A stretch of 64,000 bases of DNA from Eledone cirrhosa (GCA_964016885.1 OZ024741.1:46252001-46316000), one strand, 5' to 3'; positions 40,819-55,495 are shown, counted from the first letter of the stretch. Notes: a model not told the origin generated them from the sequence alone. Program-made: numbers and translations.

Positions 40819-43710
40819 ATTGCAGTTATTGTTGTTGTTGTTGTTACTGATATTGCAGTTTCTGTTGTTGTTGTTGTTACTGTTATTGCAGTTACTGTTG
40901 TTGTTGTTGTTGTTGTTACTGTTATTGCAGTTTCTGTTGTTGTTGTTGTTGTTGTTACTGTTATTGCAGTTTCTGTTGTTGTTGTTGTTGTTGTTACTGT
41001 TATTGCAGTTTCTGTTGTTGTTGTTGTTACTGTTATTGCAGTTTCTGTTGTTGTTGTTGTTGTTACTGTTATTGCAGTTACTGTTGTTGTTGTTGTTGTT
41101 GTTACTGTTATTGTTGTTGTTGTTGTTGTTGTTGTTACTGTTATTGCAGTTTCTGTTGTTGTTGTTGTTGTTGTTGTTGTTACTGTTATTGCAGTTTCTG
41201 TTGTTGTTGTTGTTGTTGTTACTGTTATTGCAGTTTCTGTTGTTGTTGTTGTTACTGTTATTGCAGTTTCTGTTGTTGTTGTTGTTGTTACTGTTATTGC
41301 AGTTACTGTTATTGTTGTTGTTGTTGTTACTGTTATTGCAGTTTCTGTTGTTGTTGTTGTTGTTACTGTTATTGCAGTTTCTGTTGTTGTTGTTGTTGTT
41401 GTTACTGTTATTGCAGTTACTGTTGTTGTTGTTGTTGTTGTTACTGTTATTGCAGTTTCTGTTGTTGTTGTTGTTGTTGTTACTGTTATTGCAGTTTCTG
41501 TTGTTGTTGTTGTTGTTGTTACTGTTATTGCAGTTACTGTTGTTGTTGTTGTTGTTGTTACTGTTATTGCAGTTTCTGTTGTTGTTGTTGTTGTTGTTAC
41601 TGTTATTGCAGTTTCTGTTGTTGTTGTTGTTGTTGTTACTGTTATTGCAGTTTCTGTTGTTGTTGTTGTTACTGTTATTGCAGTTTCTGTTGTTGTTGTT
41701 GTTGTTACTGTTATTGCAGTTACTGTTGTTGTTGTTGTTGTTGTTACTGTTATTGCAGTTTCTGTTGTTGTTGTTGTTGTTACTGTTATTGCAGTTACTG
41801 TTGTTGTTGTTGTTACTGTTATTGCAGTTTCTGTTGTTGTTGTTGTTGTTACTGTTATTGCAGTTACTGTTGTTGTTGTTGTTGTTGTTACTGTTATTGC
41901 AGTTTCTGTTGTTGTTGTTGTTGTTGTTGTTACTGTTATTGCAATTACCGTTGTTGTTGTTGCTGTTGTTACTGTTATTGCAGTTACTGTTGTTGTTGTT
42001 GTTACTGTTATTGGAGTTACTGTTGTTGTTGTTGTTGTTACTGTTATTGCAGTTACTGTTGTTGTTGTTGTTGTTACTGTTATTGCAGTTACTGTTGATG
42101 TTGTTGTTGTTACTGTTATTGCAGTTACTGTTGTTGTTGTTGTTACTGTTATTGCAGTTACTGTTGTTGTTGTTGTTACTGTTATTGCACTTACTGTTGT
42201 TGTTGTTGTTGTTACTGTTATTGCAGTTACTGTTGTTGTTGTTGTTGTTACTGTTATTGCAGTTACTGTTGTTGTTGTTGTTGTTGTTACTGTTATTGCA
42301 GTTACTGTTGTTGTTGTTGTTGTTGTTACTGTTATTGCAGTTTCTGTTGTTGTTGTTGTTGTTGTTACTGTTATTGCAGTTACTGTTGTTGTTGTTGTTG
42401 TTACTGTTATTGCAGTTACTGTTGTTGTTGTTGTTGCTACTGTTATTGCAGTTACTGTTGTTGTTGTTGTTACTGATATTGCAGTTACTGTTGTTGTTGT
42501 TGTTGTTGTTACTGTTATTGCAGTTTCTGTTGTTGTTGTTGTTACTGTTATTGCAGTTTCTGTTGTTGTTGTTGTTGTTGTTACTGTTATTGCAGTTACT
42601 GTTGTTGTTGTTGTTACTGTTATTGCAGTTTCTGTTGTTGTTGTTGTTGTTGTTACTGTTATTGCAGTTACTGTTGTTGTTGTTGTTACTGTTATTGCAG
42701 TTACTGTTGTTGTTGTTGTTACTGTTATTGCAGTTTCTGTTGTTGTTGTTGTTGTTGTTACTGATATTGCAGTTACTGTTGTTGTTGTTGTTACTGTTAT
42801 TGCAGTTACTGTTGTTGTTGTTGTTACTGTTATTGCAGTTTCTGTTGTTGTTGTTGTTGTTGTTACTGTTATTGCAGTTACTGTTGTTGTTGTTGTTACT
42901 GTTATTGCAGTTACTGTTGTTGTTGTTGTTACTGATATTGCAGTTACTGTTGTTGTTGTTGTTGTTACTGTTATTGCAGTTTCTGTTGTTGTTGTTGTTG
43001 TTGTTACTGTTATTGCAGTTACTGTTGTTGTTGTTGTTGTTGTTGTTACTGTTATTGCAGTTACTGTTGTTGTTGTTGTTACTGATATTGCAGTTACTGT
43101 TGTTGTTGTTGTTGTTACTGTTATTGCAGTTACTGTTGTTGTTGTTGTTGTTACTGTTATTGCAGTTACTGTTGTTGTTGTTCTTGTTGTTACTGTTATT
43201 GCAGTTACTGTTGTTGTTGTTGTTGTTGTTACTGTTATTGCAGTTACTGTTGTTGTTGTTGTTGTTACTGTTATTGCAGTTACTGTTGTTGTTGTTGTTA
43301 CTGTTATTGCAGTTACTGTTGTTGTTGTTGTTGTTACTGTTATTGCAGTTACTGTTGTTTTTGTTGTTACTGTTATTGCAGTTACTGTTGTTGTTGTTAC
43401 TGTTATTGCAGTTACTGTTGTTGTTGTTACTGTTGTTGTTGTTACTGTTATTGCAGTTACTGTTGTTGTTACTGTTATTGCAGTTACTGTTGTTGTTGTT
43501 GTTACTCTTATTGTAGTTACTGCTGTTGTTGTTTTTACTGTTATTGCAGCTTCTGTTGTTGTTATTGCAGTTACTAATGTTGTTGTTTCTATTATTGCAG
43601 TTATTGCTGTTATTGTTGTTCCTGTTATTGCAGTTGTTGTTATTGCAGTTATTGCTGTTGTTGTTGTTGTTTCTGCCCCTGCAGTTCCTACTGTTGTTGT
43701 TGTTTTTTTA
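38780..43710. repeat. TTG-derived compound satellite: 48-bp unit array (~38985-39730) then variable actgttattgcagtt(a/t)ct(gtt)n array
   Basis: Lines at 39181 and 39421 are identical (5 x 48 bp); second domain varies mainly in gtt count. Confidence 0.97.
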
Positions 43711-44242
43711 TTGTTACGTTAATTCAGTTAAGTTTTTAAAACTATTTGTTCCATTTCAGTTTCCGTTGCCGGTGAAAACTTTCTTTTAAAATATAACTAA
43801 ATGAAATTTATTGCTAATTAGCTTTGTAAACTTACATTAAAATAATTGTTGTTGGTGTTGTTATTTCTCGGGGTTTGTTTTTGATTGTTTGTTTATATTT
43901 TTGCTTGTTTTCCTTTGCCTTTCTCTTTGATTATTCAGCTTTGTCCAAATTCTTTTGAAGTTGATTCCAGCAAATTAATTTTCTAAAGAGATGATACGAC
44001 ATAGTCTCTATAAAAGCATCTTTATTATTATTATTATTGTTGTTGTTGTTGTTGTTGTCGTCGAAATTATTGGTGTTGTTGTTTTTTTTGTTACTGCTGC
44101 TGCTGTTGTTGCTATTGCTGTCATTCTTCTTTTCTTACTTTTACATCCATTTCACAGAAAATCTGATAATTTTCACTTTGATGGTTTGCAATTTTCTATC
44201 TCTTACTCGAAGCCAAAGTCTTCATGTTGTTTTGGTTTTAAC

Positions 44243-44243
<1 letters not shown>

Positions 44244-44311
<68 letters not shown>

Positions 44312-44725
44312 CTTCATCATCATCACCACCAGCATCATCATCATCATCATCATCATCATCACCATCATCATCACCAGCATCATCATCATCATCATCATTA
44401 TCATCATCATCATCATCATCACCATCATCATCATCACCACCATCATCATCATCATCATCACCAGCATCATCCTCATCATCATCATCACCAGCATCATCAC
44501 CAGCATCATCACCATCATCATCATCATCATCACCCTCATCATCACCAACATCATCATCATCATCATCATTATTATTACTATTACTGCTATCATTATTATT
44601 GTTGTTTTTGTTGCTGTTATTGTTATTGTTGTTATTACCATCATCATCATTATTATTATTACTATTACTGCTATCATTATTATTGCTGTTATTGTTATTG
44701 TTGTTATTACCATTAACATCATTAT
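44244..44725. repeat. (ATT)n/(CAT)n compound trinucleotide repeat
   Basis: Directly visible. Confidence 0.95.
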
Positions 44726-45403
44726 TATTTTCTTTTTGTATTCACTCTTAGTAAACTATTCACATCGTAACTAGTTACCAAAAGTTCAGTGATTGATTAT
44801 TCTTGCTTGCTTTGCTTTATATTTTTCTTAGGGGTTTGTTTGTTTAATTAAGTGGAGTTTGTTATGTGGTTGCTTTTCTTTTTCTTTCTATCTATCAACT
44901 TATCTATCTATCTATCGATTTAAGATAACTTATTTAAAAGTTTTTCCGTATCACTTGCGTTTTTGTATTTAAGATTTAGATTGAATATAAGTGTGTGTCA
45001 TATTAATTATTTTGTTAGGTGTTATGTGTTATATAGACAAAAGTTTTGAAAGTTCTTGGAATATGAATGAAATACTGAATGTGTCTCCTTTAATAAAATA
45101 TTACGTTATATATCTATCTACCGCCATTCAGCTTTCGTTGCGATGTCTTAGTTATATATTGTTTGATCTTGTTTTCCCGTTCCTTCAGATATTTTCTTCA
45201 ATACCTGAACAATAAATGTCACAAAATTACCATTAATTATAGTTGTACATAATACACAGCTCCTATAACATAATACACACAACAGTTTCTATACAATCGC
45301 TTCAAAGCAAATCATCTATTAATTCATATTTTTAGGCATTCACTTTGCCTGTCTAAGTGCATCCCATCATGCACCGGTAGGTTTATTCAGTCCGATGCAC
45401 TAG

Positions 45404-45533
<130 letters not shown>

Positions 45534-45555
45534 CTCCCTCTTTCTCTCTCTCTCC

Positions 45556-45588
<33 letters not shown>

Positions 45589-45681
45589 AACACACACACA
45601 CAAACGGTCCCCCAAAAATGTATACATACTTTCATTGATTAGAATGCTATTGAAGAGTGTATGCATATTGGGGGGGACAAC

Positions 45682-45724
<43 letters not shown>

Positions 45725-45725
45725 C

Positions 45726-45799
<74 letters not shown>

Positions 45800-45934
45800 T
45801 TCTCATACACTTTCTTTCTCTATCTCGTTTATAGTCTATTAAGCTCTGCTTTCGTTTTCTTCTTCTATTTCCGAGTTCCTTTCTTTTGCAAGCAACAGTT
45901 TCTTATAATAGAAAATTATTTGAAAAATTAAACT

Positions 45935-46130
45935 TTCGGTGACAATGGCGAATGTGTTATTACTTTCAGCATTTTACGTTCTGAGTTCAAATCTCGCTGA
46001 GATTAATTTGACCTTTCACCCTCCTCGGTCAATACATTAAGTACTAGTTATGTACTAGGGTCCATTATCTGGAGATTTCTGCTTTCAATAAATTATGCGG
46101 CTTGTCTCTACATTACAAACGGAAACAGTT
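45935..46130 (+). mobile_element. Diverged SINE
   Basis: ttttacgttctgagttcaaatctcgctgagattaatttgacctttcaccctc..aagtactag. Confidence 0.7.
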
Positions 46131-46155
46131 ATTGCTTCACTTATTTCTGTTTCGA

Positions 46156-46585
46156 GTGGTGGTGGTGGTGGTGATGGTGGTGATGATGGTGGTGGTGGTG
46201 GTGGTAGTGGTGGTGGTGGTGGTGGTGGTTGTGGTGGTGGTGGTGATGGTGGTTGTAGTGGTGGTGATGGTGGTGGGTGGTGGTGGTGGTGGTGATGTTG
46301 ATGTTGATGGTGGTGGTAGTGGTGGTTGTGGTTGTGGTGGTGGTGATGGTGGTGGTGGTGGTGATGGTGGTGGTGGTGATGTTGATGGTGGTGGTAGTGG
46401 TGGTGATGGTGATGGTGGTACTGGTGGTTGTGGTGGTGGTAGTGTTGGTGGTGGTAGTGGTGGTGGTGGTGATGGTAGTAGTGATGGTGGTGGTGGTGGT
46501 GATGGTGGTGGTAGTGGTGGTGGTGATGGTGATGGTGGTAGTGGTGGTAGTGGTGGTGGTAGTAGTAGTGGTGGTGGTGGTGGTG
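46156..46585. repeat. Degenerate (GGT)n repeat
   Basis: Directly visible. Confidence 0.95.
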
Positions 46586-46814
46586 TTATCTTAGTAACGC
46601 TGCTTATGTCATAGCATGACTTATATCCAACATACATATATAAAATTAAACATCTTCACTGGTCACATATCTCCCTCTCCCTCTTTCTCTCTCTCTCTCT
46701 CACCCCTTTTCCACTCTCTCTCTCTATCTATCTCTCTTTCTATGTATCTCTTTTTCTCTCTCTCTACCCTTCCTCCTCTCTCTTTCTCTATCTCCTGCTC
46801 TATGTCACCCCTTT

Positions 46815-46871
<57 letters not shown>

Positions 46872-47109
46872 ATCGTTCACTACAAATATCTTTAAGTGAG
46901 ATTTAAACATTTCTATTTAAATCACTGTTTAATAACTCCTGCTACATTATATATTTTCTTTGATTGAAGTTTTGTAGAATTACCACAATTTACTCGCTAC
47001 ATTAATATATGAAAGCAATCACTAATTCTAGTTGCCTTGTAGCAAGTCTTTTTAAATCATCGTTTAGATTTTCCAATATATTTTTCTTCTTGACATCAGA
47101 AGTCATTTA

Positions 47110-47550
47110 GAAAGTATGTTGTAGACATTTATATTTAACTAGAACAGAGTGCATCCGTTCTACTGGCTCCTCACCAACACCCATCCAACATATCCCTACC
47201 TTATGTCTAACCCTTGTTTGGTAGACACCCATAAAATTATGATCCATCTTTCCAACAACAACCCTTAACACCTTTTTAAATTCCATGTGTCTAACACCCG
47301 TAGACATATTCACAAAATTAGACAACAATACAGCTACGATGACTTTCGGAAACATTTTTTCAAGCTGAGAGTTGCTGAAACATAGAACAAACTACCTGCA
47401 TCAGTTGTTAGCAGTCGGGACACTTTATCCTTCAAATCTTTGTGTGTATATCATGACTCATACACTGTTAACTTTCCTGACATTTTTACATTATTCTATG
47501 TATTATACCAATGATGAATTGTAGTAGACCTGAGCACTGTACACAATCCT
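47110..47550 (+). mobile_element. CR1 LINE 3' remnant
   Basis: DTHKIM..HLFKFHVSNTRRHIHKIRQQYSYDDFRKHFF..RVAET*NKLPASVV matches the CR1 pattern TRGH..K..R..FF..RV...WN.LP..VV. Confidence 0.8.
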
Positions 47551-47573
47551 TTTCATTATCATTGTTATATGTC

Positions 47574-47766
47574 AGGGCGGTGGATTGGCAGAATCGGTAG
47601 AGGGTCGGACACCATGCTTTTCAGCATAGAGTTACGGCCCTTTCCTGTCTGAGTCCAAATCCCGCCGAGGTTAACTTTGCCTTTCATCCTTACGGGGTCG
47701 ATAAAATAAAGTACCAGTAATGCACTGGGATAATTACTGGCCTTGTGCCAAAAGTAGAAACAATTA
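47574..47766 (+). mobile_element. tRNA-derived SINE, young full-length copy
   Basis: Near-identical to 7804-7997. Confidence 0.92.
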
Positions 47767-49756
47767 TCGTAAGTTATCTCCCTTTTCATCTTAACTTAAA
47801 ACAAGGGTTGCTTTTCCATTTTCACTCCTCCCCTTTCCCCCTCCTTCTCTATATATCTTGTGATAGAGAGACAGGCGGAGAAACAGCTTCTCGTTTATAA
47901 CATAGATTGGCAGATTTGTTAGAGTGTCGGAATAAATGCCTCGCTATTTATTCTGGTTCTCTCCGCTCTGATTCCACAAACCACTGGGGTTTATGCGTGA
48001 ATGTGTGTCCGTGAAACATATACATATACACCAGATCCGAACACAAAGGAACAAAACTTCCACTATCACTACCTCCGTCTCTCCCACTCTCCCCATCTCC
48101 CACTATAATGAGCAAACGGGGCCGCATGCACTGGCCGCCCCGTGGCCCCGACGGACAGAAAATAGAGAAGGCGTTTCCCCGGAGGATGGTGAAGCAGACG
48201 CGCTGGAAGAGCCATTCCAGCTCGCGAGCTCACATCTGCACGTAGCCAGAGGTTAACATTGACTTTCATCCTGGGAAGGGTGAGGGTAATATGTAAAGTA
48301 ACATTCCAGGGGCAGCGCATTGACAAAATTATTAATGAGTTGACGGAACGCTTTGCGTTATCTGCACTGTGCATTCTAAGTTCAAATCCTGCTTCCTGTC
48401 TCCAGAATAGTTGTGACCGGCATATAGTATCTACAATGGAAAGATCAGTGGAAACATACTTTCTTTGCTCCGATCAGGGTATTGTCTTTTTTTCTTTTCT
48501 TTCCTTGTAGTTAAAGAAATCTACACCGTAAGCATAAATCATGTTAACAAATGTATTCAGTTTTACAATATATAAAGCACATGACATAATAGTGAGTTTG
48601 TAACATCTTAAATTGCATATTTTACCTTCATGTAATATATCTTTCACAAGCCTGTATATCGAGCCATTCTTTCGAGTGGGACGCATAAACGTAGAAGTTA
48701 GATGTTTTCCAGGTTTTCTCAGATTAATAGTTGCAATATTATGTTGTAAGAAAAAAGGGTGGTGTGTTAGTAGAATCGTTAGAGCGATGGAAAGCAATTT
48801 ATATATAGCTTTATATATAACCTGATGGACTGGAATATGAGGAGCCAGGTTTATTTTTCTTCGTAGCTTCGGGAGGCATTTAGAGGGTATGTGAGGGACA
48901 ATCATTGTTAATGAAATCTGCACTTTAGTGTAAACATATAAATCATGTTAACAAATGTTATTGTATCATTAACAGTCTGAATAAAATACGCAATTCCATT
49001 GATTTTTTCACCAGATGAACATTAACGAATGTTGTTACAATCAATCAAGAATGTCTTGTTTGAAATCCACGTAGATGTGTGTGCCAAAAGCTGGAAATGT
49101 TACTGGTTGCTTGAAGTATTGCCAGTGTGAGAAAACAAGAAAAAGCGAAGTGAAAATTATAACAATGTGTTTATTTTATGTGTTCATATATATATATGTG
49201 TGTGCGTGTGCGTGTGCGCGTGCGTGCGTGCATGTGCGTGCGTGCATGTGCGTGTGCGTGTGCGCGTGTGGGGGTGGGGGTGGGGCGTGTGTGGGGGTGT
49301 ATCCGTATCTGAAAGAAATCTATTTTATAAAACATCAAAACATCAGTTTATATAAAAGCAATGGAATAAAACAAGTGATCGAGCACAAAATGCAGTGTTT
49401 TCTGTTTTCGTTACTAATACTTGGACGGTATACGTAAAACATCCTCCGACTTAATACTACCACTTCTGTGCTTTTAGCGGAGTCTACTTTGATGTAAGTA
49501 TTCAGACCAAGTCTATGATGGATAACTTTCTCCTTTCCTCCAACCCGTCTTAGTGGGCATAAAAAGAGTCGTGGACACTGCCATTTCCTTTCTGACTAAA
49601 CAATAAAAAAAAATGTCCTAGATGAAGATTAATTCTGTGTTTCCTCTCTACTGGATCGATAGAATATTTAGCAGTGATATACTGCGGTCGATTTTTTCAA
49701 TAATAGCCCTTCCCTCTAATTTACAAATTACTATTTCGTTTTTAATAGAAAATTAT

Positions 49757-49985
49757 ATTAATTTCTAGCATAGACACAGGTTTACAAGTGTGAGGTATGG
49801 TGGGTCTAGTCGATTTAAACGACCACAGTATTTGATAGAAACCTTATTTTATTGTCCCCGAAAATATGAGCGGCAAAGTTGACCTCGGTGGAATTTGAAT
49901 TCAGAAGGTAAATAACTAGAAATACTCCGCAAGACATTTAATTTGATGCTCTCACAAATTCAACCAATCTACCACACCACAGCCC
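49757..49985 (-). mobile_element. Diverged SINE
   Basis: ggcaaagttgacctcggtggaatttgaattcagaa is the reverse SINE core. Confidence 0.7.
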
Positions 49986-51084
49986 CGAATATAAACAGTA
50001 TATTAAAACCATAAATACTTTGATTGATAGCCATAACAGTATTTCAACTTTGATTTGATGAATGTGTCAAAATAATAAAGTAAGTCCTGTTCAATTGTTT
50101 ACCATACATCACTTCTGTGTTGCAGTAAATGAGGTCCAGATCAAATATATGACGTATTTAACAAGGCTCCAGCTAATTTACATTCATTGTAACGCATGAC
50201 AAGTATTTAGTTCTGTCTGTTCAGAGAAAATGTTAACACCTTTAGACTGAAGGTCTATCTAGAGGATGATTGATCAATCAACCGCTTGATCCCATGAAAC
50301 CAGAGTTCAAATCTAGCTCTTAAAATCAGTGTAGTTTACGAAAGACATGTTTATATTAATGTAATACAGAAGAGATAATTATGTAACATGGCGGATATCC
50401 ATTTGGATTCTGCTACTATTTATATTTTATATTCTACGGAGGAAATGTACATTTCACATTCAGTTCTTAATTATAATTTTTAGATTCATCTCTTTGTTGT
50501 TGTTGTTGTTTTTTTTTTTGGGGGGGGGGGGGCATAATTTATTATTTAACGTTTGAGTTTGATCTCCTCATAACGGGTGTAATCATAATTAATTAAATTA
50601 TTCGGATGCTACACTAGGTATATCAATACACGCCTTCTCCATCCTGTCCGCCGGGTCTGTGGGGAGGCCATTAATATGATTGACTGACTTGTCATTTTAT
50701 CAGTCAATTCTTACCGGTTGTATATTTGTCAATTCTTACCGATTTTGTATATTTGTTTATCATATTTAAATGTTTGCAATATATCATATAATACTGAAAG
50801 TGTTAAGACACCAGTAACCTAGCTACCTAGCTACTTGCCTACTTCTATCATCTATCAACTACTAATCCACACACTCATCCTCTATAGATAAACTATCTAT
50901 GCTAATAATAAAAATTGTGCCAATGTTAATATAGACAATAACATTAATGTTACTGTAACAAGAACAATGTTAATATTGTGGACACTTCTAGTACCTGACA
51001 TTTCATACAAAGTGAACTTACTAGATTTCTGCTACATTTCATTGGAATTGGTGGCTGAAATGAGGCTATAGAATGCCATGATAC

Positions 51085-51945
51085 AATGATGGCAAGAAAA
51101 ACCCTTATATGGCCAATATTTGAAAAAAGCACCTGAGCCGTGGTCAGGGAATATTTGTGACGCTGGCTGGACAGTGCTGAACTCAAAGTTGAGACTGAAG
51201 CATTATTGAATATGACACAGGAGCAACATAATATGTTGTAAGAAACAATTCATTGTTTCACTTTGGCTGGAAGTTAGGACTGTATTATGAATGATACAGC
51301 TACCATACTGTGGGATTCGCCAATGCACACCATCAATGAGTTCAAGAGTAACCGACCAGATATTGTAGTCAAAGCTGGTAGAAAAAATAATGATTTCTAC
51401 TTTAGGCACAAGGCCAGCAATTTTGGGGAGGCGAAAATTGATTAAATCGACTTAAGAGCATTACTGGTGCTTTATTTTATCGACCCCGTAAGGATGAAAG
51501 CAGAGCTAACCTCGGCAGCATTTGAGCTCAGAAAGTAAAGGGTCATAACTCTATGCTGCAAACATGGTGTCTGACACTCAAAATAATACATCCTAATCAA
51601 CGTATCAACCCACAAACAAATGACAATGTATTTCTCAAAGAAAAAATGGAGAAATTATCCAAATATAAAGACCTGGAAACAGAAAACACGAATGAACAAA
51701 ATCAGTCTTTATAATAGGAATGAAATGATAATAAAACACAGAGGCAGATAGATAACGAAAACCTCAGGACTTACGAATACGTACAATATACAGAAAATAA
51801 CAGAACTAAGCCCGGGAAAATAACAGTACTAAGCCCTAAGACGTAGAGTACTTTCAATTCAATAGAAACAACACTGCACAAACATAACCTAAGACATACA
51901 GAGTTGCGCTAGGTAATGCATTCCAAGCTCAAATGTAAACAACTG
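51085..51945 (+). mobile_element. R4/Dong-clade (restriction-like endonuclease) LINE remnant, interrupted by a SINE
   Basis: WQEKPLYGQY, WLDSAELKVETEALL..QEQ, ILWDSPMHTINEFKSNRPDIVVK; after the SINE, NDNVFLKE..EKLSKYKDLE..YNIQKIT..RRVLSIQ*. (AAC)n follows. Confidence 0.8.
51388..51580 (-). mobile_element. tRNA-derived SINE inserted in the R4/Dong remnant
   Basis: tttattttatcgaccccgtaaggatgaaag reverse core. Confidence 0.88.
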
Positions 51946-52969
51946 AACAACAATAGCAGCGGCAGCAACAGCAACAACAACGACAACAACAATAACAACA
52001 TCAACAACAACAACAACAACAAAAATAGAGCAACATAATATTGCTGATATTATTTTCAGTACTAAAATCACATAATCAATATTGATACTTGTTCTGATAT
52101 AAACAGGAGAGAAAATTATAGTTTTGAATTATAGTATCTCAAAGGAAATATTCAGAGATATATGTTATTAAAACACATATTCATAGAGCAAAGCCAAAAC
52201 AAGATGGAAGAAATACATGCGGAAACCAAAGAAAAAAGGAATACTGGATAGCAGGAAGAAAGTGTATTGTTAATTTGATTAAAAGTAGGAGTCTTTAATT
52301 TAATTTTTGAAACTTAGATCTTTCTCGTTCAGTCGGAAATGATTCTTTCTTCCTTGATGTCTGTTTTTACTATCTTTCTATCTTTATATCTTTATATTTT
52401 TCTGCGTTTTATTTTCACGTCTCATTAGCGAAGTTCTTTAGATTTTACAATTGGAAAAATGTTATATTCAAAACAGAAATATGTCAGCTAATTTAGTTTC
52501 AAGTTTAAAGTTGGTTGTACAAAAATATCAGAATGAAATTATATTGATCTTAAACTTACTGAAAGTAAATGATGACGTTGGCGTTGGCGTTAGAATTGAC
52601 GTTGGCGTAAGCATTGACGTAGGAGTAGCAATGTCGATAAACATTTTTATTTAAAAACATCTGGTTCTGAGGTCTATTTTACTCAGCGGCATCTTGGACA
52701 AGTGTCTTTTACTGTAGTCTTAGATTAACGAATTAACCCATGCTTTTTGAGTGGAATTTGATAGACAGGAAAAATACGGAAGATCTCCGTAGATACCGAG
52801 AGGGTGTGTGTGCGTGTGTGTGTGAGAGTGTGTGTGTGTGTGCGTATAAGAGAGAGAGAGAGAGGAGGAGGACAGACAGACAGACAGAAATAGAAAGCTA
52901 AAAAACAAGACAGAGTAGACAAAACAAAATCAAAACGAACAGGTGACAATAATAGTCATTGAGAGCAAT

Positions 52970-53020
52970 AATAGTCATTGAGAACGTCACATAATGTGTG
53001 ACGAAAGAGCTTTGACAATT
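52970..53020 (+). ncRNA. Minimal hammerhead, U3:A8 variant
   Basis: aatagtca-TTGAGAA(52978-84)-c-GTCACA-taatg-TGTGAC-GAAA-g-ag-CTT-tgacaatt. 6-bp stem II; stem I pairs 7 of 8. Confidence 0.75.
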
Positions 53021-53112
53021 AAATAATCATCTGGTTAGTAAATTAAACAAAGAATAGATTCGTTACCTGACTATAAATAAAACCGAAGTGAAATCCAACT
53101 GGAGAGAGAGAA

Positions 53113-53143
<31 letters not shown>

Positions 53144-53184
53144 CATATATATGACTCCATGTAAATGTATGTATATATATATAT

Positions 53185-53612
53185 ATGGAGGAAGAGAGGA
53201 GAAAGGAGAGAAGATAGAAGAGAAGGAGGGGGATCGGGGAGACGAGGAAGAGGGGAGGAGATTAAGATGGGGGGAGAAGGAGGTGAAGAGGGAGATGGGG
53301 TTTGATGTAGAGGAGAAGATGGCGAGGGGAGAGAAGGGTGCGATGGGGGAGAAGGAGAAGGGGCGATGGGGGAGGAGGGGGAGGAGCGGACAGGTGGAGA
53401 ATATGATGATGAGGATGATGATGATGGCGACAACGACGACGACGACGACGAAGAAGAAGAAGAAGAAGAAGAAGAAGAAGAAGAAGAAGAAGAAGAAGAA
53501 GAAGAAGAAGAAGAAGAAGAAGAAGAAGAAGAAGAAGAAGAAGAAGAAGAAGAAGAAGAAGAAGAAGAAGAAGAAGAAGAAGAAGAAGAAGAATGACGAA
53601 GAAGAAGAAGAA
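53185..53612. repeat. Polypurine tract with long pure (GAA)n (~53449-53593)
   Basis: Directly visible. Confidence 0.95.
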
Positions 53613-54292
53613 TCAACCAGAATGCTGCGACTTGAACCCAGATCGCAGAGAACATTTCATCAGATGATCTAATGCCTTTACCAGTTCCTACACATAAAGA
53701 GCACATTTCTATCTGCATTAAATATGTTGAATGTAGTACTTGACATATCAATTGCTATTGAATTGTTCTTGTCGAAATACAATAACAATTTCTTTGCCAA
53801 TATATCTTTAGCATTGTAATTCCATAGCTAGTGTTACATTATTTGGTTTATTCCCTCAGTGAAATTGATACATCACCAGATAATTGTTGCTTTCTAAACC
53901 TCTACGTTACCTTTCATTCACGATTCAAACCACAACTAGACATGTAAATTCTCTCTAATCAATACAGAAAGCAGTTAGGTTGAAATACAACGGGGCGGAA
54001 TAATCTGTACTAGTGTATGTATATATATAGAGAGATATAGATATAGATATACATATATATGTGTGTGTGTTTGTGTGTGTGTGTATATGTGTGTATGTGT
54101 CTGTATGTGTGTATATATATATATATGTATATGTATATATATGTATATATATATGTATATATATATATACATATGTATATGTATATGTATATATATATAT
54201 GTATATGTATATATATATATATGTGTATATATATATATAAATGTATATATATATATATGTATATATATATGTATATATATATATATGTACGT

Positions 54293-54342
<50 letters not shown>

Positions 54343-54400
54343 GTATACATATATATATATATACAATATGTATATATATATATATATATACAATATATAA

Positions 54401-54451
<51 letters not shown>

Positions 54452-54499
54452 CGACAGTGAAAGAGAGAGAAGGGGATATATGTATATATATATGGAGAG

Positions 54500-54530
<31 letters not shown>

Positions 54531-54848
54531 GAGAGAGAGAGGGGTATGATTTCTTTTTGTCTACTTCAATACAAACGACACTCACATTGTTATATATCTA
54601 TCTATCTTATAGATTACAGTTACTAGAGACATTCTCGCGGGATTTGCACGCACGTATTACGAGAAGTAAAAAAAAGAGAACCTTACGCCACAACACAGTA
54701 ATAATCACGTACCTGAACACAAACATATAAATGTAAGTCTGCATGCCTATATATGGATGCATGTATGCTCTACGGTGGCTATAAATGCTGTTACATAATT
54801 ACACATATATATCTATATGTATGTTTATATATATATATCTATATGTAT

Positions 54849-54951
<103 letters not shown>

Positions 54952-55178
54952 CATACATATACATATATATACATACATATACATACATATATATATGTAT
55001 ATATATATATATATATATATACATACATATACATATATATATATACATACATATACATATACATATACATATATATATATACATATATATATATATACAT
55101 ACATATACATATATATCTGTATATATTTATATAAATATATGTGTGTATATATGTATATAAATATGTATATATATATGT

Positions 55179-55222
<44 letters not shown>

Positions 55223-55335
55223 TTGTGTGTATTTGTGTGTTTGAGTGTATATATATACATGTTTATACATGTATATCTATGTGTATATATACGCGTATAT
55301 ACATGTATATAGATGTATATATATGCATATCTATG

Positions 55336-55424
<89 letters not shown>

Positions 55425-55495
55425 ATAGATATATATAGATATATATGTATGTATGTGTATGTATATACATTTATACATGCATATATGTATATATA

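Noticed and set aside
38752-43722. 1656-aa poly-Val/Leu ORF and overlapping ORFs
   Set aside because: Translation of TTG-based repeats; no domain or plausible composition.
48000-48300. GC-rich island as a possible host exon
   Set aside because: No recognisable domain or convincing splice pair; may be a decayed LINE piece.
48532-48960. ~22-bp direct repeat (ataaatcatgttaacaaatgt) ~400 bp apart as a TSD
   Set aside because: The enclosed sequence has no recognisable element ends; cannot be supported.
53151-53672. Poly-Lys/poly-Glu ORFs
   Set aside because: Frames of a (GAA)n microsatellite.
53620-53690. CTGATGA on the minus strand in a tRNA-like stretch
   Set aside because: No GAAA partner or stems; looks like a decayed SINE head, not a tRNA or ribozyme.
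54620-54660. Helitron-like CTAG end on the minus strand
   Set aside because: Hairpin is weak and no matching 5' end was found.
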